Of a DNA stretch of 36,050 nucleotides, positions 10,056-19,261 are shown one piece after another. Source of the DNA: a virus (Duplodnaviria; Heunggongvirae; Uroviricota; Caudoviricetes). The notes under the pieces are model-generated. The model saw only the letters and a program-made list of their open reading frames with translations. It was not told the origin of the DNA and did no database searches. The translations under genes were made by a program, and so were the position numbers. The stretch covers positions 1 through 36,050 of the IMG/VR virus record IMGVR_UViG_2558860290_000008, one strand, 5' to 3'. Each line of letters opens with the position of its first letter. Position 1 is the stretch's first letter.

Positions 10056-11276
10056 TTACCCTTTACGGTTTGCCCAGAATTCAGCGTTTTGTTTGTTCAG
10101 GGAAGCGATACTGGTCATGCCCATGTTTGGGCGCTGTGCATCGCCGGTGGTGGCGCGGGTGTTTCGCCCTTTGGCAATCTCAGACACGGCATTAAACGCC
10201 ATGTTGACCGATTGTTTCGGTAATTTGCGGATATCCGCATCACCGACTATCTGGCGAACCAGCGTTTTGTCAGCGGAAGCCAGAACCTCGCGTTTGAACG
10301 CGGTCGGTTTCATCTTACGGCTCAGATCGATACCCGGAACGATAACTTCGGCACGCCAGGCTGAGTCACCAGTAATCGTGGTTTCCTCTTCATCATCCTC
10401 GCCGTCACCGGTCGGATTATCGTCAGGCTTATTATCGTTATCGCCCGTGGCATTTCCTTCCAGCTTAGCCAGCAGGGCTTTCAGTAATGTTTTGAGGTCA
10501 TCATCACTGTCGACGGTTGGACCTCCACCCATCTCTGGTGCTTTGTCCGGTAGTGGTTGCTGCGGGGACAGGTTGATGTTGAGATTAACGCCCTGCGGCA
10601 AATCCCCCTCATCTCCTGTAACCGATGCGGGAGCCGACTCCACCAGTTCGTTCATGGTGTCGGCATCTCCTGTCTTGATGGCTGCACGCATGCGGTTCCA
10701 CCAGTTTTTCTTTTGATTTGCCATTGTGTCTCTGTCTCCAATTGCACAACGATTTCCGGCTCTGCCTTTGGGGACAAGAGCCACATGGTTTCCGGTAATA
10801 TCGACCTGCTCGGCTTTACCTGGCTCGGTCTGCTCGTACTCCGCGTCATAGCCGCACGACACTTCACGCAGGCCATCTTCGATAAGCTGAATGGCGTTTT
10901 CGTCTTTGACGATAAGGTCAGCCAGCATCAAATCAGACTGGTCACCAGTCCCGCGCCGCACATTCTGAAGATGCCCGACAGCAAGCTCTTTCCAGTTCTC
11001 GGGATTTACCAGCCGCACATTCCCGTTTTCATCTTCAGGATGCAGGATCGTGATGCTCATCCCTTCGAATGAGGCGAGCGTGGCCGGATTGAATACCTGC
11101 TCAGGAGAACGCGTTACGACTATCTCACCGAGCTTGTCGGGTTTGAGGTTTGGCAGATCGGCAGCGCCGTAGAGCTGCTTACCCGTTCGACCTATCGGCA
11201 CGTCTTTGCACAGCAGCGAGCCGTCAGCCAGCTGATAGCGGGTTTCCCCCAGCCGGGTATTGAAAAAATATTTCAT
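10056..11276 (-). CDS. Putative prohead protease or scaffolding protein
   Basis: 406-aa ORF between the MuF-like and capsid genes, with an acidic low-complexity central region (GDGEDDEEETT) typical of scaffolds. Confidence 0.4.
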   Translation of the reverse strand: MKYFFNTRLGETRYQLADGSLLCKDVPIGRTGKQLYGAADLPNLKPDKLGEIVVTRSPEQVFNPATLASFEGMSITILHPEDENGNVRLVNPENWKELAVGHLQNVRRGTGDQSDLMLADLIVKDENAIQLIEDGLREVSCGYDAEYEQTEPGKAEQVDITGNHVALVPKGRAGNRCAIGDRDTMANQKKNWWNRMRAAIKTGDADTMNELVESAPASVTGDEGDLPQGVNLNINLSPQQPLPDKAPEMGGGPTVDSDDDLKTLLKALLAKLEGNATGDNDNKPDDNPTGDGEDDEEETTITGDSAWRAEVIVPGIDLSRKMKPTAFKREVLASADKTLVRQIVGDADIRKLPKQSVNMAFNAVSEIAKGRNTRATTGDAQRPNMGMTSIASLNKQNAEFWANRKG

Positions 11277-11290
11277 GGTTTACCTGCGAT

Positions 11291-12064
11291 TCAGGCGAGA
11301 TAAGAATGAGGGTTGGGGAAGACGATTTCTTTGTAACAGCGGCAGTTCGGCAGCTCACCAGCGTGACCGGTCATACCGTCAAGCGTTGGAGGTCGGCCCC
11401 ATTCGACAAACTTGCCCTCCATCTCACGATGAGAGTGCCGGACATCGCCATCTTCGGCTGTACGCCAGATATAACCATTCGAACCAATTGACAGCGCACG
11501 CGCCTGATCGAGCGCGCCGGTTGCGCGTCCAAGTTCGGTACGGGCGATAAGGTTCGCTCGCGAGCGTGACACGTCACCTGACGCCGCTATCTCTTTCGCG
11601 AATGACTCAGCCCGCCCGCCAGTCACAACTGCCTCGATGGCTTTGTTCTGAATGTCATACACCCGATCGGCGGCCTCAAGAGGTAGCGATTTGATGTACT
11701 TAATCTGCTCGGCAACGATGGATTTCATCACCTGGCCTACCGGGGCGCAGTCAACCATGTTGCGCAGCTCTGCACTGATGTTCCGGCTGTGTTGACGCCA
11801 CTGCTTTTCATTCTGGCGCGCTATGTCTGCGGTAAAGTTCTCAGCTACCTTCGTCGCCCAGGGGGTGATGATTTCGCTGTAGCGCTCCAGCGCATCCATT
11901 ATTTCGGTTACGCTATCGTTTGAACCATCGTAGCGCCCATTTACGATATCCCCGACCGCCCGCGCTATCTGCCGTAGGCTCGTTCGATATCGGATCTCCG
12001 CCTGGCGACTCTGGCGGTTTGTCGCCAAGTTCGCCGATGCCTGGCGGCGCTTCGTCTTCGGCAT
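11291..12064 (-). CDS. Head morphogenesis protein, phage Mu F-like minor head protein
   Basis: C-terminal RTELGRA ... PNCRCYKE motifs typical of MuF/SPP1 gp7-like proteins; located after the portal gene. The annotated start overlaps the portal gene by about 150 nt, so the true start is uncertain. Confidence 0.6.
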   Translation of the reverse strand: MPKTKRRQASANLATNRQSRQAEIRYRTSLRQIARAVGDIVNGRYDGSNDSVTEIMDALERYSEIITPWATKVAENFTADIARQNEKQWRQHSRNISAELRNMVDCAPVGQVMKSIVAEQIKYIKSLPLEAADRVYDIQNKAIEAVVTGGRAESFAKEIAASGDVSRSRANLIARTELGRATGALDQARALSIGSNGYIWRTAEDGDVRHSHREMEGKFVEWGRPPTLDGMTGHAGELPNCRCYKEIVFPNPHSYLA

Positions 12065-13382
12065 TCTCTATGTCCTCGTCGGTAATGGATGCCCCGATGC
12101 CGGTTACGTCAGAATTTTCGCGCAAATCGGTCATAGCGGCTTTCAGTGTCATCAGACCATCACCCAGCGCCGTACTGATTGCGTTGGTAGTGTTTAACGC
12201 CACCGTTGAGCGATCGACATCAGACATTTGCCAGAGCGGGTTAAACTCAAACGTGAAATCGTCCGGCAGCGGCTTACCGAGTTCCGAGCGGTGCATAATG
12301 TCCAGTATCCGGCGCATCGGCATCCGTAAGCGGCGCTCCTGCAATGAGCTCACCCGGTCGTAATAGTTGGCAAGATCTGCATCACCGGTAGAAAATCCTT
12401 TCGGGGACTGTCCGAACAACCGCACCAGTGGAATACCAACAGCGCCACTAATCTGTTCTGCAAACTGCGATAGGATGTCATCCAGACCACTGAAGCTGTA
12501 CTGATGCGTTTCAAACTTATCCCGCGAGTCCATGAGCGTCATGCCTTCATTGCTCTGGAACTGGCGGATCAGGTCGATGTTCTTCAGCAACGCTTCGAAA
12601 GCTGGGCCACCAAGCGCGATAATCTCGCGCAGCTTCTCCACGCTGTAGGTGCGCAGATGCGCTTTGTAGACCAGCTGAGCCGCGCCGACAGTGGCGCTGT
12701 CGAACGCAGTAAGCCGATCCCAGATTCGCTCTACAACCGACATTCCCCATTCGTTCTCGGTCATCTTCTGCTGGAATGGCAGCGTGACGCCATCGAAGCG
12801 AATCAGGCGGCTGTGATGGATGCGCCAGGCCGGGATGCCCGTTGCAGTGGTCACCACGTCGTAAAACTCAGGTTTGCCGAGATCTGGCCCCATCTCTTTA
12901 ATGCGGCGGGTCAGGGCCGGGTTAATCATCCAGCGGTCGAGCGGGAGAATGCCCTTAAACTTGCCTTCTCCAATGGTTTCGAGCCGCAGCGGGGTCATTG
13001 GTGCCTGCCCCTCGATCATGATGAAGCCGACCGCGCCGCCGTAGAGGCGAGACCATTTCAGCACGTCGTTCAGCGCATCCCAGATTTGCAACTCATCCAG
13101 TTGTGATTCGAGAATGCCACGATCTTTTGCATCAATTTCCGAAGTGATGCGAATGCCTTTGCGGGTCATATCATCCGGGATAGCATCGACCGCTTCGCCG
13201 ATAATCCAGGACGATCGATAGGACCATTCCACCAGCATGCGGTTACGACTGGTGAAATTAGCCCGGTAGGTGGATGCTGAGTGCTGGTTAGGTGTCTGCA
13301 TCCCCACGCGGGCAACAAAGTTCTCATAGCCATCAGCGGTGGCCTGTGCCGTTCGCCGCGTGGCTTGTTTGTTTCGTGCCAT
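11913..13382 (-). CDS. Portal protein
   Basis: 489-aa ORF immediately downstream of the large terminase gene, with a 1-nt TGATG stop/start overlap. Confidence 0.7.
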   Translation of the reverse strand: MARNKQATRRTAQATADGYENFVARVGMQTPNQHSASTYRANFTSRNRMLVEWSYRSSWIIGEAVDAIPDDMTRKGIRITSEIDAKDRGILESQLDELQIWDALNDVLKWSRLYGGAVGFIMIEGQAPMTPLRLETIGEGKFKGILPLDRWMINPALTRRIKEMGPDLGKPEFYDVVTTATGIPAWRIHHSRLIRFDGVTLPFQQKMTENEWGMSVVERIWDRLTAFDSATVGAAQLVYKAHLRTYSVEKLREIIALGGPAFEALLKNIDLIRQFQSNEGMTLMDSRDKFETHQYSFSGLDDILSQFAEQISGAVGIPLVRLFGQSPKGFSTGDADLANYYDRVSSLQERRLRMPMRRILDIMHRSELGKPLPDDFTFEFNPLWQMSDVDRSTVALNTTNAISTALGDGLMTLKAAMTDLRENSDVTGIGASITDEDIENAEDEAPPGIGELGDKPPESPGGDPISNEPTADSAGGRGYRKWALRWFKR

Positions 13383-15004
13383 CAGGCCTGTCTCCCTAGC
13401 AGCTCCCAGATGTTCAGGGCTGAATTCATTGGCGCGTAGCTGATCATCACCGAGTCGGCAAGGTTTGGCGACCGGGTTCCATCAGGCTGTTTATCAATAA
13501 CGATTTTTCCCACACCATTAATGGAATAGGTCGGCTGCGAAAGCTCGATGATGAGTTTATCTTTGAGTGCCATGCTACTGCTGATTGAGATGATTTCGTC
13601 CGGGTTGTAAGCCATACCTTCAACCACGGCGCGCCAGGTATTCTGAAAAAGTTTACGTAACCGCCACCAGCTCTGGGCTTTGGCGTTAGCGAAGAAGTCC
13701 TTGTTCAGGCGGGCGGCCTGTCCGTTGTCACCGCGCACCGCTTCATCATCCGGATCAAATACCGCGCCACTACCTCGAAACGGTGTTGCGAGTATTGACG
13801 GTCGGCGCGCAGCGTTACGCAGTTCGTTGATAGCGCGTGCATCGCCGCGAACGCCAGCGCCCAGCCCGTCCTCATCAAAGCGAAACTCTTCGAGGTTGTC
13901 CTGTTCGCAAAAACCGAAGACCTTCTCGACGGACTGATAAATGTCGCTGCCCACACCGGACCATTCCCGCACATTTTCCAGGAGGAAGCCATGACGGGTG
14001 GAAAAGGCATTTTTGTCCCTGCCTTCATCAGCGACATCCATCGCGCCAAGTCGTTTGCCTGTTGGCTGGATACCCAGTTTGATATGCGCATCAACGGCAG
14101 CCTGTACCCATTCGGATGGAATCAGGACGCCTTCCGCTGATGCGCTGTAGTTCAGATCAAGTTCCTGTGCCACCACCACCGGATTATCGATTTTCTCGCA
14201 TTCCCTGCGATACCACTCTTCATCCTTGCGAGGATCATCCCGCCAGTGGAATGTGAATACCGGTATCTTCCCGCCGTGACGCTTCTGCGCGAACGGGTTC
14301 GCCATGCCGTTAACCGAACTCAGGTCGATACGGCAACGCGTCGTTTGTGACAACGCCGCATCAATCAGCAGAGGACGCTGAAGGAATGCAGCCTCATCAA
14401 CCAGATAAAGCGTGGTACGGTCACCACGACCAATATTATCGCCAGCCTCGCCTTTGATAACGGCACCAGTTTCAGGAAACTCAACACGCATATATGGCGC
14501 GTGCTTCTTCTCGCTCCACGAACCGCGAAACTCTACAGGTAGTGTTTCCACGAACTTGCGCGCCTTCCAGAACAATGCTTTCGGGTCACCGGTGCTGTCG
14601 ACGTATTCCTCTTTACGGGAGCCGAAACCGATAACCATTTCTTTGTTGAAGAGACAAAGCGAGCAGGCCAGTCCGATCGCGGTCCAACTGAGCCCCATTT
14701 CACGGGATTTTTCGGTAATACCATTCTCCCGATTACCCCAGCGTTCCATAATCCAGTGGATCCACTCCTCCTGCTTAGGGAAGAGTAAAAACGGAATGGT
14801 CACCGGCAGGCCATAATCAATATTACGCGGGTCCGTTGTCATGCCCCAGTCGATGATGAACTGAGCCGGGTTGGTCCGGTAAAACTGTTTTAGTGCTGGC
14901 AATATTTCAGGGTTCTGGCGAATGCGCTGTAAGCGTTCCATCCGCCATTCAAAAACCATCTGGTAATCAGGATGTTTAAAATCGAAGGGGAATGGTAACG
15001 GCAT
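13382..15004 (-). CDS. Terminase large subunit
   Basis: 540-aa ORF following the small terminase subunit, with an N-terminal ATPase-like region and a C-terminal nuclease-sized region; upstream of the portal gene. Confidence 0.8.
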   Translation of the reverse strand: MPLPFPFDFKHPDYQMVFEWRMERLQRIRQNPEILPALKQFYRTNPAQFIIDWGMTTDPRNIDYGLPVTIPFLLFPKQEEWIHWIMERWGNRENGITEKSREMGLSWTAIGLACSLCLFNKEMVIGFGSRKEEYVDSTGDPKALFWKARKFVETLPVEFRGSWSEKKHAPYMRVEFPETGAVIKGEAGDNIGRGDRTTLYLVDEAAFLQRPLLIDAALSQTTRCRIDLSSVNGMANPFAQKRHGGKIPVFTFHWRDDPRKDEEWYRRECEKIDNPVVVAQELDLNYSASAEGVLIPSEWVQAAVDAHIKLGIQPTGKRLGAMDVADEGRDKNAFSTRHGFLLENVREWSGVGSDIYQSVEKVFGFCEQDNLEEFRFDEDGLGAGVRGDARAINELRNAARRPSILATPFRGSGAVFDPDDEAVRGDNGQAARLNKDFFANAKAQSWWRLRKLFQNTWRAVVEGMAYNPDEIISISSSMALKDKLIIELSQPTYSINGVGKIVIDKQPDGTRSPNLADSVMISYAPMNSALNIWELLGRQA

Positions 15005-15006
15005 AC

Positions 15007-15558
15007 TTAGCCCATCATTTTTCTATACGCCTCTGCAGCCTGCTCCGGCGTTAAGTTGGTAATTTCTGTTCTGACTGGTCCTCCGTCAGCACCAGTCACT
15101 TCATTTTTGACATTGTCTTTAAACGCCTGAACAGAAACATGACGCCCGAGCAACTCAAGGTTTTTAACCTTATCAGGCCATTTGATTTTCTTCAGGAGAG
15201 CAGCACTATCTGCTGATGCCATCTCGACGACATCCATTCCTGATAGCGTTGTACGCCACACCTTAGGCCAGTCTTTAATGGGCTTCAGTTCGCCATTGGC
15301 AAGCAGAATGTCAAGCACGTCCATCTGATCGATTTCAATAAGGCGATTAAGTACATATTCTGCATTAATACCAACAAGATCATTGCGTTGCGCTTTCAGT
15401 TCGGCGATTCTTAACTTGATGTCAGGTTTTGACAGGTTTTCGGATGCGGTACGGTTAGCTGTCTTTGCGCTGTACCCCGCCCGAATAGCCGCTTGCGTGG
15501 CGTTTAAATCGATGAGGTACTCGCGACAGAACATTTCTTGCTTGTCGGTGAGTGCCAT
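15007..15558 (-). CDS. Terminase small subunit
   Basis: 183-aa ORF with the N-terminus [30 protein letters not shown] (helix-turn-helix typical of small terminase subunits), directly upstream of the large subunit. Confidence 0.7.
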   Translation of the reverse strand: MALTDKQEMFCREYLIDLNATQAAIRAGYSAKTANRTASENLSKPDIKLRIAELKAQRNDLVGINAEYVLNRLIEIDQMDVLDILLANGELKPIKDWPKVWRTTLSGMDVVEMASADSAALLKKIKWPDKVKNLELLGRHVSVQAFKDNVKNEVTGADGGPVRTEITNLTPEQAAEAYRKMMG

Positions 15559-15582
15559 AGTTTTCTCTAGAGGATTTCTTTA

Positions 15583-15819
15583 ATGAACTCAAAGCAAATT
15601 TTTTACCGAAATACAGGTCATGATAATGAAACTTATATATTCCTGGACAAATTGGACAATGGCTCCTACCAAGTCAGGGCTGGTCATTCGTCACCTGTGA
15701 GCCATTTTGAATGGAAGGGTGATGAAACCATTCAGACAGTGGAAGAGTTTCTAGGTTCTAACCCATCATATACTGAACGTGTTCATCAACTAATTTCTGA
15801 GTTTGAAGCAGAATCGTAA
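15583..15819 (+). CDS. Hypothetical small protein (78 aa) on the opposite strand
   Basis: Plus-strand ORF with a GAGGA ribosome-binding site, AT-rich relative to its flanks. Its start codon is 24 bp from the small terminase start, oriented divergently. Confidence 0.5.
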   Translation: MNSKQIFYRNTGHDNETYIFLDKLDNGSYQVRAGHSSPVSHFEWKGDETIQTVEEFLGSNPSYTERVHQLISEFEAES

Positions 15820-16113
15820 TCACCACCCAAGCGACTCAACTGATATCTAGTTCATCATTACTAGGACTAAAAGTAGATTCCTGACATTGAGAACCTCTTT
15901 ATCCGCTTGTGGGGATATCAGTTAAGTTATCCCGTGTAGGGTATAAGCCATTGTCGAGACCACTCATTGAATGGCCTCTGCAATAACCGATGTCTTTCCA
16001 TCAGTCCGCCACCACAAAGAATCTTTTTTGCCATAAGGCAGGAGGTTCATCTTTCAGTGGCTGCCAGTGTTATTTCCCCACTTACTGGCTTGGGTTGTTT
16101 CGCTGTACTGCCG

Positions 16114-16656
16114 TTAATTGGTGAGTCCGGGTATTACGGTTTGCCCGTGCTGTTCAAGGCGTTCAATTCTAGCCAGCAGCTGTGGCTTCTTAATTTTTCC
16201 CCAGCGATTAAGCAAGCGGCCTGACATGCTGGCAACATCCTTCTCTTTCATGTACTCCAGCATTACGGCATTTCTCTCTTCTTCAAATTGACGATGACCA
16301 ACCTGAAGCATGGCGTACATCCAGTTGAATGCGTTGATGTAAGCAATTTTGATACGCATTGCTTCTTTTTTGGTGTAGGACATAACCAAAAGCATCAACC
16401 CATCCTTACGTAGCCGATAGAATTTTTGTGGCTTACCATTCTGTAACTCATTGTTTTTATAGCAAACCTCAAAATTGAGTTTTGTATCAAACTCTTCAGG
16501 ACAAGCAGCGATAGTTCTTTCTACATCACGCACAACGTTGTCATGTCGCTTACGAAATGCTTTCGCCACCATAAATGAATCGGTGACAGGGTCATTGTTG
16601 GTAATAAAAACCAGTTCTTTGAAATCAATGCCGTCAACGATAGTTGGATAATTCAT
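16114..16656 (-). CDS. rha: Rha-family phage regulatory protein
   Basis: N-terminal motifs (VTDSFMVAKAFRKRHDNVVRD ... KIAYINAFN) resemble the Rha family; located between the lysis and terminase genes as in P22-like phages. Confidence 0.6.
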   Translation of the reverse strand: MNYPTIVDGIDFKELVFITNNDPVTDSFMVAKAFRKRHDNVVRDVERTIAACPEEFDTKLNFEVCYKNNELQNGKPQKFYRLRKDGLMLLVMSYTKKEAMRIKIAYINAFNWMYAMLQVGHRQFEEERNAVMLEYMKEKDVASMSGRLLNRWGKIKKPQLLARIERLEQHGQTVIPGLTN

Positions 16657-16804
16657 CGGTAATTACCTTTTAGTGATGAACCTTGTCACACAGGATTCCG
16701 GCCCACAGAAAGGCACCGATAACCAAACCGGCATCCTCAAGGGTCATCCTGAAAGGCTCTGTGTTCATAAGTCGCGCGTGTGAAGCGCATTTACTGAGGA
16801 CATA

Positions 16805-16828
16805 AAAAAGCCCCGCTTCTGCGAGGCA
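16805..16828 (-). terminator. Intrinsic terminator downstream of the lysis cassette
   Basis: Minus-strand GCCTCGC-AGAA-GCGGGGC hairpin followed by TTTTTT. Confidence 0.7.
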
Positions 16829-16869
16829 TTTTCCTGAAAGTCACTTGTTAAATTTCAGTGAAGTTAAAA

Positions 16870-17364
16870 TTATTTTAAGCACTGAGTCCTGATGTACTCC
16901 TGCAGGTAGTTAACCTGCGCGGTTATCCTGTCGATTCCACTTCGGAGACGGTAATAATTGAGTTCAGCATCTGCTGTAAGTCCTGGGCTTTCTCCATCGC
17001 CCATGCTGCTGGCTCCGGTCGTTGACTTTGCACAGGTGGCGGCGACTTGCAGGCGCTTACGACCAGCAGAAACATCAGCACGGAGACTTTCGATAGTCGC
17101 GTTAGCATCAGCAAGCTCCTTTGTATATCTGGCATCGAGTTCTGCTACGTCACGTTGACGCCTCTGCATATCAGAGATCGTCGCCATAGCCGAATCTAAT
17201 GCCATAGCGTTTTCGTCGCGCTGTTTTTTGTATTCAATGGCTTTATTGTGGTAATGATTAGCTGACCAGACGAGAGAACCGAATAAAGTCAGGAGGAAAG
17301 CAGAAATAACCAGCTTATAGCGAAGTTTCATTAACCACCCCGCCAGCTTCTTTGAATTTGGCAA
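16870..17364 (-). CDS. Rz: Rz-like i-spanin
   Basis: N-terminal transmembrane segment followed by a coiled-coil-like periplasmic domain, directly after the endolysin gene. True start may be the ATG at 17331. Confidence 0.7.
   Translation of the reverse strand: MPNSKKLAGWLMKLRYKLVISAFLLTLFGSLVWSANHYHNKAIEYKKQRDENAMALDSAMATISDMQRRQRDVAELDARYTKELADANATIESLRADVSAGRKRLQVAATCAKSTTGASSMGDGESPGLTADAELNYYRLRSGIDRITAQVNYLQEYIRTQCLK
16923..17108 (-). CDS. Rz1: Rz1-like o-spanin, embedded in the +1 frame of Rz
   Basis: MLTRLSKVSVLMFLLVVSAC lipoprotein signal with lipobox, followed by a proline-rich segment (KSPPPVQSQRPEP); entirely inside the Rz gene. Confidence 0.6.
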   Translation of the reverse strand: MLTRLSKVSVLMFLLVVSACKSPPPVQSQRPEPAAWAMEKAQDLQQMLNSIITVSEVESTG

Positions 17365-17791
17365 TCAGACTATCGATCTTGTGTTCATACTGACCGTAGC
17401 CAGCACCGGGCAATGAAGCCCAAATATTGCTGCAACGATCGATAGCCTGACGGATATCACCGCGATCAATCATCGGTAAAGCGCCACGTTCTTTAATCTG
17501 TTGCAGTGCCACAGCGTCCTGGCTTTTCGGAGAGAAGTCTTTCAGGCCAAGCTGCTTACGATAGGCATCCCACCAACGGGAAAGAAGCTGGTAGCGTCCG
17601 GCGGCTGTTGATTTGAGTTTGGGGTTTAGCGTGACAAGTTTGCGAGGGTGATCTGAGTAATCAGTGAATAGCTCTCCGCCTACAATGACGTCATAACCAT
17701 GATTTCTGGTTTTCTGACGTCCGTTATCAGTCCCCTCTGACCACGCCAGCATATCGAGGAACGCCTTACGTTGATTATTGATTTCCACCAT
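17315..17791 (-). CDS. R: Endolysin, lambda R-type lytic transglycosylase
   Basis: 158-aa protein beginning [39 protein letters not shown], which matches my recollection of lambda R almost exactly; C-terminus diverges. Confidence 0.9.
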   Translation of the reverse strand: MVEINNQRKAFLDMLAWSEGTDNGRQKTRNHGYDVIVGGELFTDYSDHPRKLVTLNPKLKSTAAGRYQLLSRWWDAYRKQLGLKDFSPKSQDAVALQQIKERGALPMIDRGDIRQAIDRCSNIWASLPGAGYGQYEHKIDSLIAKFKEAGGVVNETSL

Positions 17792-18098
17792 CTTCTACTC
17801 CGGCTTTTTTAGCAGCGAAGCGTTTGATAAGCGAACCAATCGAGTCAGTACCGATGTAGCCGATGAACACGCTCGTTATATAAGCGAGATTGCTACTTAG
17901 TCCGGCGAAGTCGAGAAGGTCACGAATGAACCAGGCGATAATGGCGCACATCGTTGCGTCGATTACTGTTTTTGTAAACGCACCGCCATTATATCTGCCG
18001 CGAAGGTACGCCATTGCAAACGCAAGGATTGCCCCGATGCCTTGTTCCTTTGCCGCGAGAATGGCGGCTAACAGGTCATGTTTTTCTGGCATCTTCAT
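17775..18098 (-). CDS. S: Holin/antiholin, lambda S-type with dual start
   Basis: 107-aa protein beginning [39 protein letters not shown], with the Met1-Lys2-Met3 dual-start motif; matches my recollection of lambda S. Confidence 0.9.
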   Translation of the reverse strand: MKMPEKHDLLAAILAAKEQGIGAILAFAMAYLRGRYNGGAFTKTVIDATMCAIIAWFIRDLLDFAGLSSNLAYITSVFIGYIGTDSIGSLIKRFAAKKAGVEDGGNQ

Positions 18099-18339
18099 GT
18101 CTTACCCCCAATAAGGGGATTTGCTCTATTTAATTAGGAATATGGTCGGTTACTGATAGAACAAATCCAGGCTACTGTGTTTAGTAATCAGATTTGTTCG
18201 TGACCGATATGCACGGGCAAAACGGCAGGAGGTTGTTAGCGCGACCTCCTGCCACCCGCTTTCACGAGGTCATGTGTAGAAGGCCGCAGCGTAACTATCA
18301 CTGATGAATTCAGGATAGCCAGTGGCTACGGCTCAGTTA

Positions 18340-18415
18340 TGGTGCTGGTTAACGGACTTGAACCGCTACCCATTCGCTTACAAGGCGACCGCTCTACCAT
18401 TGGAGCTAAACCAGC
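18340..18415 (-). tRNA. tRNA-Thr (anticodon UGU), 76 nt
   Basis: Hand-folded cloverleaf: 7-bp acceptor stem (GCUGGUU/AACCAGC), D arm GCUC/GAGC with a GG loop, anticodon loop CUUGUAA, T arm with TTCAAGT loop, discriminator A and encoded CCA. Confidence 0.7.
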
Positions 18416-18420
18416 ATATT

Positions 18421-18495
18421 TGGCGGGACAGCGTGGACTCGAACCACGATAAGAAGGTTAACAGCCTTCCGTAATGACCTTTATACGACTGACCC
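18421..18495 (-). tRNA. tRNA-Asn-like (anticodon GUU), 75 nt, with one acceptor-stem mismatch
   Basis: Hand-folded: anticodon stem GAAGG/CCUUC, loop CUGUUAA, T arm CGUGG-TTCGAGT-CCACG, encoded CCA. Acceptor stem has a U-U mismatch at 4:68 and the D stem is only 3 bp. Confidence 0.5.
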
Positions 18496-18496
18496 A

Positions 18497-18540
18497 AATA
18501 AAAAAGCCACCGTTGCAACTTAAGAGTCACTAACGGCAGC
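18497..18540 (-). terminator. Intrinsic terminator immediately downstream of the putative late promoter (tR'-like)
   Basis: Minus-strand GCUGCCGUU ... AACGGUGGC 9-bp stem followed by UUUUUUAUU, ending 1 nt before the first tRNA. Confidence 0.65.
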
Positions 18541-18550
18541 TTACCTTCTA

Positions 18551-18580
18551 ATTATGGCTAAATGGATAATTGCATGTCAA
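18551..18580 (-). promoter_or_regulatory. Putative late promoter (pR'-like) and likely site of Q action
   Basis: Minus-strand TTGACA, 18-nt spacer, CATAAT; overlaps the Q stop codon, with the terminator hairpin starting within a few nucleotides of the predicted start site. Confidence 0.55.
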
Positions 18581-19076
18581 GGCTTTTAACAGCAACATGC
18601 TTAACTTTCTCAACACGTTTACGCATTTTGAAAGCATTTTGCATTGGCTGATATAAAACAAATAATGACGCTTTCAGGATGTCGTCAATTTCGTTTCTAC
18701 AGGTTGCCAGTGAAGGTTTTCTCCATCCCTCGCCACCACGTCCACACATCTTGCGTGGCTTTGCAGTCGCGTGATAGTAGGATGCAATTGCTCGCTTAGA
18801 TGAACCATGAGCGTAGTAGCTGAGGAGGATGCCAAAGGCTTTCTTGTCAATGTACATGACGGAATCGACGACCTGAGAAATCAACATTCCATCATCATCA
18901 TTGCACATTGGCCTTGTCATAACTCTTCCCGGCTCTACGCTCTCCATGAACTTCGCTATTACGCTGCTCATGCGCTTTTCCAGGCGGCCTGAGTAAACCC
19001 ATGCACCCCACAGTTCAAGCCAGCCATTCAGCCAATCGTGCTGTTCTTTGGTGAGGTTTAGTTCTCTTATGCTCAT
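18558..19076 (-). CDS. Q: Late-gene antiterminator Q (phage 21 / 933W-type family)
   Basis: 172-aa protein with WLELWGAWVYSG ... RPMCNDDDGMLISQVVDSVMYIDKKAFGILLSYYAHG, resembling the WGAW ... CCDDD pattern I recall for 21/933W-type Q. Located between the nin genes and the late promoter. Confidence 0.7.
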   Translation of the reverse strand: MSIRELNLTKEQHDWLNGWLELWGAWVYSGRLEKRMSSVIAKFMESVEPGRVMTRPMCNDDDGMLISQVVDSVMYIDKKAFGILLSYYAHGSSKRAIASYYHATAKPRKMCGRGGEGWRKPSLATCRNEIDDILKASLFVLYQPMQNAFKMRKRVEKVKHVAVKSLDMQLSI

Positions 19077-19261
19077 GGTCTACCCCTCTTGCCCTGTTTG
19101 ACCATCAGGACGCCGTTAACTATTACGTGACGCTCACCTTTGCTGTCTCGGTTGTACTTGAGCACTGTTCCTCTTGCACAGGAAAGCATCCTCGCCACTT
19201 CGGTCTGATTACCTCGTGTCTGGATAAGAAGCTCTGGTATCGTTTGAATTGTGGCGTTCAT
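19073..19261 (-). CDS. ninH: NinH-like protein
   Basis: 62-aa protein MNATIQTIPELLIQTRGNQTEVARMLSCARGTVLKY, resembling lambda NinH; ATGA overlap with rusA. Confidence 0.7.
   Translation of the reverse strand: MNATIQTIPELLIQTRGNQTEVARMLSCARGTVLKYNRDSKGERHVIVNGVLMVKQGKRGRP

Noticed and set aside
10015-10716. Plus-strand ORF of 233 aa
   Set aside because: Entirely antisense to the 406-aa head gene; Ser/Pro-rich low-complexity translation; no ribosome-binding site context.
12504-13106. Plus-strand ORF of 200 aa
   Set aside because: Antisense to the portal gene within a GC-rich coding region; most likely a frame artefact.
16657-16869. Possible small peptide gene (34 aa) between Rz and rha on the minus strand
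   Set aside because: Very short, no convincing ribosome-binding site, and downstream of a strong terminator; noted but not supported as a gene.
18099-18339. Possible toxin cargo (such as stx) or a third tRNA between the tRNAs and S
   Set aside because: The segment is only about 240 bp, has no sizeable ORF, and reads like the lambda sequence upstream of S, including a GGCAGGAGG ... CCTCCTGCC hairpin; no additional cloverleaf could be folded.
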